Below, one piece after another: positions 25,502 to 38,000 of a stretch of DNA of 64,000 bases (positions are counted from its first letter, which is position 1; every line of letters begins with the position of its first letter). The notes below the pieces were generated by a model, which saw only the letters and a program-made list of their open reading frames with translations, was not told the origin of the DNA and did no database searches. The DNA is from Octopus vulgaris. Its lineage: Eukaryota. Both the position numbers and the translations under genes were made by a program. The stretch is from contig OX597827.1 in the NCBI GenBank assembly GCA_951406725.2, positions 4,836,001 to 4,900,000 on the forward strand, given 5' to 3'.

Positions 25502-26514
25502 CAGGGGGTCCCAAAAGTCAATGATGATGATCATCATCATCATCGTTTAACGTCCGTTTTCCGCGCTAGCACGAGTTGGACGGTTCGACCAGGGTCTGGG
25601 AAGCCAGGGCTGCACCAGGCTCTAGTCTGATCTGGCAGTGTTTCTACTGCTGGATGCCCTTCCTAACGCCAACCACTCTGCGAGTGATGGGTTTTAATTT
25701 TAAATAACTTACTTAACTTTATAAAGGACATGATGGAAATTAATATGCACAAGTCAAATTTTGCAAACCACTACATTACATGTGAAAAATTATGTTGCTT
25801 AAATGGCAGCCATTTTCGACTTTGCATGCCCATGCTCTTTCAAAACTTGCGCCATAACACCCTCAAGAGTTTCAGACCCCACTTCTCTGATTTCTCTATT
25901 GATGTTCTCCTTCAGTTGCACCAGGGTCTCCAGTTTGTTGATGTAGACCCTCTCTTTTAGATATCCCCACACGAAAAAATCTGGGCTAGTAAAGTCTGGG
26001 GAATGTGAAGGCCAGTTTACATTGCTGTAGTGGGAGAGTATTCTCTCTCCAAAGCACTACCGTAGCAACTGCATTGTTTCTCTTGCAGTATGAGCAGTTG
26101 CCTCATCTTGCTGGAATCATGTGTGAGGTCTACTTTGAATGGCCTTCACATTCTGCAGGCTTGACTAGCCTGGATTTTTTCTTGTGGGGATACCTGAAAG
26201 AGAGGGTTTACATCAACAGATTGGAGACCCTCATGCAACTGAAGAAGAACATAAATAGAGAGACCAGAGAAGTGATGTCTGAAATTCTTGAGGGTGTTAT
26301 GGTGCACGCTTTGGAAAGTGTGTGAAGCTGAAAATGGCTGCCATTTAAGTGATGTCATTTGTTACACGTAACGTAGTGGTGTTGCAAAATTTGACTTGTG
26401 CATATTAATTTCCATTATGTCCTTTATATTATATTAAAATTTCATGCATTTATTTGTAAAGCTAAGGAAGTTATTAAAAATTTAAAAACCCTCAGTGACT
26501 TTTGGGACATCCTG
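25502..26514. mobile_element. Fold-back non-autonomous Tc1/mariner element
   Basis: TA|cagggggtcccaaaagtca ... tgacttttgggacatcctg|TA. Arms 25688-26014 and 26140-26492 are inverted copies encoding WPSHSAGLTSLDFFLWGYLKERVY (compare WPPRSPDLTPLDFFLWG of DD37D/DD41D-type transposases). Confidence 0.88.
25527..25685 (-). mobile_element. Short RTE 3' tail inserted in the left TIR region of the fold-back element
   Basis: catcatcgtttaacgtccgttttcc...gctggatgcccttcctaacgccaaccact. Confidence 0.85.
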
Positions 26515-29500
26515 TACATCTGCTATAACACTTAATATGGAAAAGCTCATGAGTATGTGGATCAATGATCAAACTGGACATAATATGGCAAGAAATATGA
26601 TAATCATTTAAGTCAAAGCTAAAAGTTTGCATGAAGATTTGCTGAAAGAAGATGCAACTTGTGCAAAATATTTTCTGGCCCCTTAAAAGCTGGTTTGAAA
26701 ACTTTAAGAATTGCTTTAATTTCTGCAACATTGAAAATCACTGATGAAGCTATTAGTGTCAGTACAGAGAGTGCAACTTACTATACTGAAGGGATTAAAA
26801 AAAAAGATGAAGAAAAATTAAAATTAGTCTTTAATGCTTCCAAAAATTGTCTGAGGGTTCTTGCGAATGAAAGTGCTGTCGGTGATATGAAGTTAAAGAT
26901 CCTACTTGTGTTTCACTCTGAAAATCTAAATTCTAGCTTTGACTTATATGACTATCATGTTTATTGGTAGATTATTTTCAAGGTTTATGATTTGGCATTC
27001 AAATAGGAAGGCTTAAATGATTAGGAATTTTTCCAATAATGATTTACAAACATCTTTGGCTTGCAACAGAGGAACAGTGCCAGGCATTATACTTTCAACA
27101 AAGTACTTCTGAACAATGCTTCAAGCCATTTAGCGAATTTAAGTGACCTTTTTGATAATATGAGAGTAGAATATGTGCCCAAGAACACAACTTGTGTGAT
27201 AGGCCTATTATCTAAGAAGAACTTTAAAATAAAAATCTCATAGTTTGATAGGCCAATTATCTAAGAAGAACTTAAAAAAAACCTCATAAAAATATTGGAT
27301 GGTAAGTATGAAAATAACTGTAAGAGACTGAAGAAAATTCAGCATTAAGGACACTGAGGACTAGCCAAGTCATAGGATGAAGTGAAACCCTTAGTTATGA
27401 ATACTGTTTGAAAAAAATCAACATAGAGCCAGAGTCCAGTAAGAAACTGTGTTACTGGCAAATGATGTAGATTTTGAAGAAGTCAAAGATGATGTAGTTC
27501 AGTTTCTGGAGTCTGTTACAGAAGATTTATAAAATGAGAAACTGATGCTTTTAGATCAAGAGCAACCTTAGGACCAAAAAAAAAGGAAATGGAAATTTCA
27601 TCTGCTCCACTTCAGTTGACTGCAAAGTATACAGCTAAAAATGTTGGCACTTGAGAGGAAGTTCTTCAAGTCTTTGCTGATAATGATTCTGATCATGAAC
27701 ATAAATAAAAATTGCAAAAGAATTTATAATGAGCTCAGTTCCTATACTGAGCTGTACAAAGAGATGATGCATCATAAATGTCAAAGAATTTTGGTTAAGT
27801 TCATCCCTGAAGCAGATGCTGATAATGATCTATGGGGCAGGAGATAGTGCCCTTTTCCTCTCAGTATCTCCTATCACACTACTTCCCACCACACAGAAGC
27901 CAAAACCTTTTGCAGTGACTATGTTCACTACTATGGTATTTCAGTATTCTTATTCCCTAATGAATTTCTCTTCAAATGCTTTTGTGTTTCCATACTCTGT
28001 GTGTGTAAATCTGTTATTTTCATCAAATAAAGTGTTTTTCTCCCCAGCCCCTAAAAATATACCATCAGAACGTATCTTAATTTATAGCATGGAAGTCAAT
28101 GGCAAAATATATTTCATATCAGGGAATTCTGTCATTACAGCTTCTACAATATGGTGGATGCCTGTATTTCTAACCACACTCTTATGTAGAAGGCTACTTA
28201 CTTCTCTTCAGTAACATTTTACACAAAAGCGCTGGCATATCTGTGTGGTTAAGAAATTTGGTCTACAACTAGATGCTTCCAAGTTTGGTTCCACTGTAAA
28301 GCACTAGGTTTTATCTACCGTTGATGAGAGTTGACCAGTACTTTGTGAATGTAATTTTGTGGAAATTTGGTTGACAGAAACTATAAGCAAGCTTCTTGTT
28401 GTTGTTGCTGTGTGTGTGTGTGTAATAATCTTACAGAAATAAGTCTGTATCATGATAATAGATATAGCTGCTGAATCTCCATGACATTTTTCTACCTGCT
28501 ACTGCTGCTATAAATTCCCTTTTAAAGTACTTTATATAATGCCTATAGGCTTTAGTGGAATGCTTGGTAAATTAAAACCCAATTTAAACTGAGGGCTATC
28601 CACGCTACAATTTAATTCTCTAACAGTTGCAATCATTGGGAGGGAACATGGACTGCGACCTGAAAAACTCAGTGTGGTTTTGATACTTCCTCAGGCTTCA
28701 CACCCCTTTAAGTATTGGTTGTTTGTCTTTATGCAGCATAGAGCAGCACCCAAAATAACCAGTAACTCTCATTTGGGATTGCTAATGAATTCTATTTCAT
28801 CAGTTAATTTCAAGATTATTTGTGAGTGTACTATTATGCTAGTGAATTTGTAGCATGACTTGCTTTTTGAAATCAGTGGACAATAGAATCTGTTGATAAA
28901 TATGTAAGATCTGACATATACAGAGACAAATATATTTGGTGATTCATTTATAATTGGAACCTCTTCTGCTCATATACAAACTAAATTAAAGGAAAACCAA
29001 AACTCCAATGCTGGCTTCAGCCATAAATCAAACTCATGCTTTGGAAATATTTATGAAGATCCTGAGGTCTATGGCTCTGTTCTTCAAGTGGAAAGTTGTA
29101 CAATAAGCTTTGCTGAAGCACTTACAAAAAACTTGAATTTGAAAAGAAATCAAAGCTCAACTATGGTTTCTTGTACAACTGTACTTTATCAGGACATCAA
29201 AGGTATTATTTCTCTGGAAAATTTCTGAAGTTTCACCACAGCAAATATCTAACCTGTGATACTATTTGTTTCAAGCATAAGAAAAAGGAACACTTTTCGA
29301 ATAGTTGTAGGTCTTTAAATAAACCCATGATTGCTTCTGTTCTGTCAGAAACACTTGCCTATACCAAAAGATTATATCATTGGCTTAACTATTCATGGAG
29401 TTTCTCTAAAAGGATTCTTAATATAGGCTGTTTTGAAATTTTCATCTCTGAATCATATGTGTATTATCTTTAAGGTACCAGCAAATGAATACAAAAATTT

Positions 29501-29567
29501 CATTTAATTTCATCCTGATAAGCAAGAAATATTGTGAATTAGAACTAAAAGGAGAAATCTGGCCATA

Positions 29568-29601
<34 letters not shown>

Positions 29602-29603
<2 letters not shown>

Positions 29604-29960
29604 TAGCACTATGACCTGGCAACGCCGGGTCATAGTGCTAGTGCATGCATATACAGTTGTATGTGCACACACACACAAGTACTGTCCAAATCTCCGACCA
29701 ATCACATACAGCTAGCTGGCATTCAATTGGCGTATCAAATTTCGCGCATTTTGATTGGGTTTTGGATAGAAAATTCACAAAAAAGTCACTTCTATTGATT
29801 TTCAATGGCTTTGCAGGGTGACTGGGGAAATGTAAAGATGTGCACGACCACCCTTGGACGGTTTTGAATGACCATAGAAAGTGCGAGCCCTCTAACTGAA
29901 AAATTGTGGATTTGTATAAAGGACACACACACAGACATACATTTTGCCGTTTATATATGT
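29602..29960 (-). mobile_element. Non-autonomous Helitron-like element with a long 3' palindrome
   Basis: Minus-strand 3' end CTAG|T inside a 41-bp hairpin actagcactatgacc-tggcaacgccg-ggtcatagtgctagt. 5' end atatataaacggcaaaatgtatgtctgtgtg lies in a TA tract. CpG retained. Confidence 0.75.
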
Positions 29961-30285
29961 ATATATATATATATATATATATTTATGTTTCCTCCTACTG
30001 CTTGCTATTCTTGGTATTCACTTGCTGAACAAACATTTGCCTGCCAATGTAGAATTCTGTGCCCTACATAATAGGACCAGGTGGTTTGCTCTCTTCTCTC
30101 TCTAAAAAGTCAATCCCTCTATAGTCTTTGCTCATCTATTACCAGAAATTATGTAATTCTGTAAATTTACATCATCTGATGTTGAAATTATTCTAACAGA
30201 TGTGAATAGAATGCTTAGAGTAGACATTGTCAAACCAAGTGACTCTGAGTCACCACAAATACATTTTATTAACGATGACAGCTAA

Positions 30286-30500
30286 AAAGGCAGTGGTCTG
30301 GCAGAATTGTTCGCATGCCAGGCAAAATGCTTTGTGACATTTCATTTGTCTTTAAGTTCTTATTTCAAATCCTGCCAAGGTTGAATTTGCCTTTCATCCT
30401 TTGTGGGGTTGATAAAATAAGTACCATTTAAGCACTGGGGTCATTGTAATCAAATAATTCCCTTCCCCAAAATTCCAGGCCTTGTGCCTGTCACAGACAG
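30286..30500 (+). mobile_element. SINE family A, older copy with alternative tail
   Basis: aaggcagtggtctggcagaa...tttgcctttcatcctttg...ccccaaaattccaggccttgtgcc. Confidence 0.8.
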
Positions 30501-33145
30501 GATTAATGATAACAGCAAAAGAAAGCTAGCAGTTGATTAGTCTAATGCTTTTTATAAATTCCTCTACTTACCTGTCCAAATTAGATGACTTTATTAAGAA
30601 AATAACTTATTACTAGATATGTGCTATTATTGACGTCTGTGGTGAATCCCTCTATATTGCATTGAATTCTGATGCTCAAGTATTTGTTGCTTTCAAGGCA
30701 GAAAGTCAGTTCTTTCCAATCTTTTTTTTGCTTAAACGTCTTAGTTTCAGTCTTAAAAATGGTGTTGCAGTCTTACAGAAGGCATTGCATGTTTCCAATA
30801 AATAATAAACAATCTTATTTCTGACATAAGTTAGAAGACACGTGTAACAAAGTTAAATGACATCACCATATGTTGTAAGATCAATGAGGAACACATCAAA
30901 AAATCTAAATTCTTGAGATGTTTGTATATTTAATATGAAACTGAAAATAGATTTTCAACTAAATCTGTCTGTATTCTAGATTAGCAAATTAATTAGAATG
31001 AATTGCATCTTGATCTCTTAATGTTTTACTCTATTTTTTTAAGAAAATGCTCATGCCTACTATTAAACAATTTTTATCTTGTATTATACATCTGTTCACT
31101 TATTCTCCATTAATCTCTTGCTTCACTGAAAGATAAGACCTTAATCAATATTCAGTTTCTCAAAGAAGACTGTATGACCCTCTGTGACTTAAAGGCTGCT
31201 GTTATAGAGTCTGTCAAGATTAAAGCTGATGAACACAAGATGTCATTTGCCATTGAAATGGATACTTCTGAGACTACTATCAGAGATACTCCTAATGAAA
31301 GTAATATGCCTGTGTAATGCATTTCTAAGTTACTAAATTCTGCTGAGAAAAATTATTGCACATTTTAAAAAACAAGCAAGCAAAAATAAGTGTCACAACT
31401 CTTTCTGTTATGCAAATGATTAACCCCGGTGTTTGATCAGATGTCATTGTTTATAAAGACATGAAACACAAAATTAAAATTAAAATAAGAGAATATACTT
31501 GAAATTAGAACTCTTAACCATTCTATTACAAAATTTTACATCCTCTTGTATTTCTTAATGCTGCAGCAGATGTACAATCATAAGACTTTTGAAACATTGT
31601 TCTGCAGAGTAACATCTTAGAACTACCAATGTTTGTGCTGTCCTGGTTGGTGTTACACTGTTGTTGCATTTTGGGTGTGAAATCTTTTATTCAGAGAACT
31701 ACATTGAATGTGTTGTTTCTACATGTAACATTTGTCAAAAGTTAAAGCTACAATACTATCATCTGGACCAATATCAGTTCATGTGATCCATGCATCCCTT
31801 TGACAACTGAAGTATTGACTTTAGGTCTTTGTTTATCTTCCCTTCCAAGTTATTTCTGACATAAGCCAGAAGACAGGTATAAATAGGTAACTGACATCAC
31901 CACATGTAGTATGATAAAAGTAACATTACAAAAAAATTATTTAAATTCTTAAGTTGCAGATTATTAGCAATAAGTCATCCCTTTTTTTTTTTTGCTTTCC
32001 TGTCATAACATTTATTCATCAACTCTCATTTTTTGCTTGATCATGTGTATTTTTAAAATTTCTAATTTACATAAAACACTTCTAAACTGAAGTCTTTCTT
32101 ACTTGGTAAGTGTGTCCCAATTTGTCCCTTGTCACCATTCTACCCTACAAGAAATGGGCAACATTTGTATTATACTGGTAACATTTAGAAAATCATGACA
32201 TTAGTTCTCCAGTCTAAAAATATCTCTGTACCGTATGTGTATGGGTTTTATTGAATGCCTTACAGTCATTGTGATCCTTATGTTCATCATCAAATTCAAT
32301 ATTTCCTGAATGCCTTTTGATTTTCTCAGAAATATGGCATACCAGTCTAACATTTGTCCTCAAGAAAGATTCTGTACAGGGAATTGAATTGAAATAAGAA
32401 CTCAAGTTCAAGAGGTTGAACTTATTATTGTCATCGTAATTTTTACTTTATGTTTGCTTTCCTGGAATCAAAGCTTGCATTTGTTTCCCTTTGATGGAGA
32501 AGGAATTGTAGCAATTGGATATTTAAACCCACCAGGTGACACCCTAGATTAGGCTGAAATTAGGAACAGGTGTACTCCTACTGAAAGTATCAATACTCAC
32601 GTAACTCACCTTTGCTCTTGATGAAACACCTACACAGCAATCAGTCAAATACTACAATCTAGTGACCCACCTATGAACTTTGTGTTCTATTATTCTACAT
32701 GAAAAATATAACAACACTGAAAGATTTTGTGTCCAAAATATGTTGCATTGAAATTTTGAACTATTGCTTTAGTAATATTATAAGCATATTTTTCAGAGAT
32801 GGGATGAAAGAATGTAATAATTTTATTAAAAAATGCTATATCATCATCTTAGGTCATTGTAATCATATATGATAATAACAATAGAAATGGTTATCGAAAC
32901 TCTATGAGATTCTGCAATTACTTTGAGTTCCTGCCGTTAAATTAAATTCTGTCAAGCAAGAAATGGTTGTTGATGAATAAATGTCACAAGTTAAAAAAGC
33001 AGAAAACAAAAAGATTCCTTGGCAAAAGTCAACATTTATTATTGATATTGTTATACCTAGAGATCTGTGAGCAAATGTCATGGAAGTATTGGTAAATTGA
33101 AACCTAATTTAAGTTGACATTGTTTTGGGCTATTCACACTTCAGA

Positions 33146-33253
<108 letters not shown>

Positions 33254-33869
33254 CTGCATTTTATCTTGTTTATATTGTGTCTCTTTATATCCCATAACAC
33301 AGCAGTTAGGTAAGAACTGATGATAAATATATATGGAATATATATATGTTTGATTAAACGTTTGAGGGTGTTGTTCTTGCCTTATTACAGTCAACAATTG
33401 AAAGAAGTAAAAGTAGGCATCGACCATGTGCAATGTAAGAGATAACTTCATGAGACATGGACTAATTTTATGGATAGAAATCATACAAACATCCCACAGT
33501 GAGACCATGACAACCTTATCTCTTTCAGCAGCATTGGATATATTATGGAAACATAACAGCATGTGACATCGCTGCTTATGCAACTGAAACCTTCAACTTC
33601 TTTTCAAATGCTAAATTTCAGAAGCTTTGATCTTTCATGATGAAAACATATAACATTTGCATTACCAGATCCAAAATGTTTTTTCAGAGTCAGAAAATTA
33701 TGTTTTCTAAACAACTGCGTACTTTCTTTCTTCATAACATAACCGTAATCCTCACGAGAGTAATCTTCACATATCTGTGAAGACTAAATGATTCATGTCT
33801 TAGATAAGTGATTCATGTCCAAGCCACTGCACTGTGTTTATCCAAAATACTTAACCAGCAATTGACTCA

Positions 33870-34159
33870 AATCGTGGCTGATGCCAGCGCCGCCTCAACT
33901 GGCTTCCGTGCCGGTGGCACGTAAAATGCACCAAACCGACCGTGGCCATTGCCAGCCTCGCCTGGCACCTGTGCAGGTGGCACATAAAAAGCACCCACTA
34001 CACTCACGGAGTGGTTGGCGTTGGGAAGGGCATCCAGCTGTAGAAACATTGCCAGATCTGACTGGCCTGGTGCAGCCTTCGGGCTTGCCAGACCCCAGTT
34101 GAACCGTCCAACCCATGCTAGCATGGAGAACGGACGTTAAACGATGATGATGATGATGA
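33870..34159 (+). mobile_element. RTE 3' UTR-derived short element
   Basis: Matches 53810-54098. (ATG)n tail. 7-bp TSD tgactca (33863-33869 / 34160-34166). Confidence 0.85.
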
Positions 34160-34597
34160 TGACTCAGTTCACTGAGATGATGATAAATACCAAAAAGGAG
34201 GGAGGGAGTCATTACCCTAAAATATACGAAGCATTGTAAAAGTTACAAGTGTGTTTTTTTTTTTTATATTATAATGTCAAAGAGGCAAATGCAGTACCCG
34301 TGACCATAATTCATCAAAGAAGGAAGTGCAGTACCCACGACCATTTTATATTTTTTCAGAACCTTTGAGAATGGTGAGGGGAAAGGAGAAAGTTTAATAG
34401 GAACTGGAAATCTGACCCAAATGCTTGAAACAAGGAGAATGCCACTGAAGGCAACCAAACACTGGGCAGTGGTGTTAAAGAAGCAATTGATTAAGCCCAC
34501 GATCCAAGGCTTCAAATGCCAAATATTTGGAATGAAAAGCAGAGAAGTGTTACATATGGAGACATGAAGGCAGACTGACTAAGAGTTGAATATATAT

Positions 34598-34628
<31 letters not shown>

Positions 34629-34995
34629 GTTTAACATCCGCTTTCCATGCTGGCATGGGTTGGATGGTTCAACTGGGGCCTGGGAAGCCAGAAGGCTGTG
34701 CCAAGCCCAGTCTCATCTGGCAGTGTTTCTACAGCTGGATGCCCTTCCTAACGCCAACCACTCCGTGAGTGTAGTGGGTGCCTTTTACGTGTCACCGGCA
34801 CAGGTGCCAGACGAGGCTGGCAAACGGCCACAATCGGATGGTGCTTTTTATGTGCCACCGGCATGGAGGCCAGACGAGGCTGGCAAACGGCCACAATCAG
34901 ATGGTGCTTTTTACGTGCCACCGGCATGGAGGCCAGTCGGGGTGGCGCTGGCAATGGATGGTTCTCTTACGTGCCACCAGCACTGGTATCACAGC
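34598..34995 (-). mobile_element. RTE 3' UTR-derived element with an internal tandem duplication of about 63 bp
   Basis: (CAT)n tail on the + strand. gccagacgaggctggcaaacggccacaatc... occurs twice. Confidence 0.85.
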
Positions 34996-34999
34996 TAAT

Positions 35000-35218
35000 A
35001 TTGGTAGCAAATTTTGGCACAAGGCCAGCAATTTCAGGGGAAGTGGGTACATTGATTACATCAATCCCAGTGCTCAACTGATACCTATTTTATCAACTCT
35101 GAAAGGATGAAAGGCAATGTCGATCTTGATGGAATTTGAACTCAGAAATATAAAGACGGATGAAATGCCACTGAACACGTTGTCCGATGTGCTAACGATT
35201 CTGCCAGTTTGCCACCTT
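35000..35218 (-). mobile_element. SINE family A, older copy with alternative tail
   Basis: aattttggcacaaggccagc...gaaaggatgaaaggc...ttctgccagtttgccacctt. Confidence 0.8.
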
Positions 35219-35489
35219 GAATTTTTGTAATATTGAGGGACGAAAGAGCATGGAACAAAGAACGCTTAAGGTAGTAACAGATAAAAAGAAATATAAACGT
35301 GTGTGAAATAGAGAGGAAAATTGTGACTGTATAAGAGAGAAGAAAAGTGTGTAAAGAAAACAAGAGGGAAAATGCATCTTTGTGTATGTGTGTGTAAGCA
35401 TGTGCCGGTTTGTGAGAGAAATCAGAAGAGGTAATGGGTGAGGGGTGGGGTGAAAAATACTTTGCTTTAATGAATGTTAATAGTGCATC

Positions 35490-35700
35490 CTGTTGTAGCT
35501 CCCTGATGAAGTCTAATCGAGCATACACTTTTATAATCAAAGATATTCCAGCTGTGACCATCCTTTCATTTTAAGGGTCTCTAGAACTTTCATTAGCTAA
35601 TATATGCTGCTCCCCACTTTTCTTGGATAAGATGTCATTTGAGGGAGATTTGATAGCTATTTCTAGATTTAAACCAAGTCGGGTGACCATCGAGGTGCCC
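35490..35700 (+). repeat. Dispersed repeat family D of about 200 bp (unclassified)
   Basis: Motifs attccagctgtgaccatcc and gagggagatttg..gctatttctag recur near 13950-14120, 37195-37430, 38040-38190, 38575-38630 and 49230-49370, and inverted at 38765-38820 and 42970-43145. Confidence 0.6.
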
Positions 35701-35800
35701 CACCCTTCTGACTCGGGTGAGTGCTTGTAGGATGTATCAATAGGGCAAATGAGAGGTGGGGAGAGAGATACCGGAGAAAGGGATAGAGGGGAGAAGGAAA

Positions 35801-36190
35801 TCTTTATATATAAAAGTAAGGTTGTGTATCTGTCTCCTACGATTTAGATTCCTAACTACTCCCACATTTTGCGGTGCAGTTTAACCAAAGCCGGGTATTT
35901 TATAGTCGTGATTCATATCAAGCCCTTCTGGGTATTAGCGCACGTCTACGATGAGTCTACGATTTAAAAAAAAATTTACCATCATTTTTTTCTATTTTAA
36001 TGCATTTTTTTTCGCTATTATATAAGGGAAGTAACTCTCTAAAAATGTCTACGATGAGTCAACGATTTTTACCATCGTTTTTTTTCCATTTTTAATGCAT
36101 TTTTTTGCTATCTTTTGGCTATAACTCTCTAAAAATGCTTATATAGTTATTTCCCTTACAAATCCGAGCAACGCCGGGCGATACTGCTAG
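35801..36190 (+). mobile_element. Non-autonomous Helitron (family H1), 2 internal units
   Basis: A|TCtttatatataaaag ... subterminal hairpin ccgagcaacgccggg ... CTAG|T. No TSD, inserted between A and T. Confidence 0.9.
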
Positions 36191-36223
36191 TATGAATATA
36201 AAACGTAAGAGTTTTAAAGTTGT

Positions 36224-38000
36224 ACTTACCTGGAGTGATTCGATTGTTTTTGGTCACTTTATATTATTTATCGGTCATTTAAGTATTTATGACGGATATT
36301 TAATAAATATCTCCCAATTAATTATCGCAGAGGAAAAAATTATCATTGTTCAGCGTTAAAGGGGCATAACTGCAACGTGTCTTCGCGAAAACCTTGCCTT
36401 TTCAGATCAAATTCTTTTCAATTGATCTGCAATAAAAAGAAAGAGAAACTAAAGTTACTAATGATAGAATTTTACGGAGAAAGGACTTACGGCATCTACC
36501 GTTCCAAAGAAATTTTGATTTATTCAACTTAGAATGAAGATCGGACTTAAAAATAGTATGTATTAAAAAGTTAGGCAAATAATACAATCGATGTTGTGTG
36601 TGTGTGTTTACAAACGTAGAATTGAAATCGTGGCTTTCACTTTCGTGGCTTTCGGTTCTCAAAACTTTTGTTTTTGTTTGCTAAATGTCATTCTGTACTC
36701 TATTGTTGTGATGAAAATTAACTTTGTGTGTATGTATGCATGTATATATATATATGTGTGTGTACATATTTGTATGCGTATGACAAGCAAAAAATTATAT
36801 CTAATTCTTATTAAATTTGGTAAAATCCGAAATACAAAGAATATAGATTACGAATTTTCTACTTGAAAGAAAAATGTAGTTATAATAAGTAATGAATAAA
36901 TTTTAATAGTGTGTTCGTGGAGAAAATAATGTGTGAAATATAACAAAATTACTTTGTTTTCTTTATTCAAAGTATTTTGTACCAACCCAAAACGAAAGTC
37001 TCCGAATGTGGAACTTTTTAGTTTTCTTTCAGGTGGAACCATTTTTCATAAACTGTCCTTGAAAATTCATCGCTCCCTGTTAGGTTTGAAGGTTTGGTAT
37101 AACCTTAAATGAAAGTTTACCAGTTTCCTTTCTTTGTTTTCATTTTTTTTTTTTAACGTTAAAGATCTTCGGTTATAACAATTATAAGAAATACAGTTTG
37201 CTGCTAAATCTCTGTTTAGCTCTGATCGGTCATGCTTACGACTGAAATCGTTCTCCCTTCGCTTCTTTCCCTATAGCACGTTGCCAGCACTTTCTTTTAA
37301 AACAGAAACGGGTACATCATCCATTGTACCCTACCCACTGTCCACCTTTTTTTTTTTTTAAGAGGGTATCATTTTAGGGTTGTTTAGTTGTTATTTCTTG
37401 CGAATCGAACAACTATATGATCTCGCCTTTTAGTTCGAGTACAATTCTTTCTAGAGAAAGTACATGTAGCCTACCACAACACAGAACAATTTCTGTGATT
37501 GAATATTAATATCGCTTTTTTTTTTATACATTGTAACTCTTTCACTTTTCATCTAAGTGTTACTTTCATTCTCTCATCTCAAACAAAAGTGAAAGTAGTT
37601 TCACTTTCGCCACCCTCTCGTGCGTGGTTGTGTGACGTAAGTGAAAGTGTTTGCAAAGTGCGTTTGTGTTTACAAGCTGAGAAATGCATTGTTTTGTTAA
37701 TACTCGGCTCGTTCCACTATTTCGATTTCTTTTTATTGCCATTCCACTATTTTTCCAGCTAATCCCAGTGGAATTGAAATAATCACGTTTTCTCGTCGCT
37801 AAAATTTACGTTTTCATTGTCAATTCAAATTATAATAGTGCAGTTTTGTATCTTCCTTTATAATTCACCGTCTTGTTTTTATTCGTTATAATCATTAGAT
37901 GAGAGGGCTTAGTATGAGCTGTACCTCATACTAAGTCCCCACACCACGTGTTTTCTATTTGTTATGTTATCAAGACCCTTGGTTATAGGAAAGTTTTTTC
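36224..38000. promoter_or_regulatory. Putative bidirectional promoter (locally CpG-rich unique region)
   Basis: CpG is visibly more frequent than in the flanks. Minus-strand donor CAG|GTAAGTA (exon end 36230), plus-strand donor GAC|GTAAGT (intron start 37637). Clustered TTTCNNTTTC / AAGTGAAAGT motifs. Confidence 0.55.

Larger units (their letters stand above)
25180..28200 (+). mobile_element. Degenerate Tigger/pogo DNA transposon (transposase pseudogene)
   Basis: MEKLMSMWINDQ (CENP-B-type HTH), KAKSLHEDL, LKITDEAIS, AVGDMKLKILLVFHSEN, KVLLNNASSHL...VEYVPKNTT (compare LLLDNAPGH...FLPPNTT). Boundaries approximate. Confidence 0.75.
28560..32560 (+). mobile_element. Highly degenerate Ty3/Gypsy LTR retrotransposon internal region
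   Basis: Domain order RT (DVNRMLRVDIVKPSDS; KLDDFIKKI; RLSFSLKNGVAVLQKAL; NDITIC), RNase H (FAIEMDTSETTI), integrase (STCNICQKLK; PFDN*SIDFR; VQEVELI). LTRs not recognised. Confidence 0.75.

Noticed and set aside
27198-27290. Tandem duplication of about 45 bp (also short ones at 13187, 22906, 33789 and 62774)
   Set aside because: Ordinary local duplications in neutral sequence.
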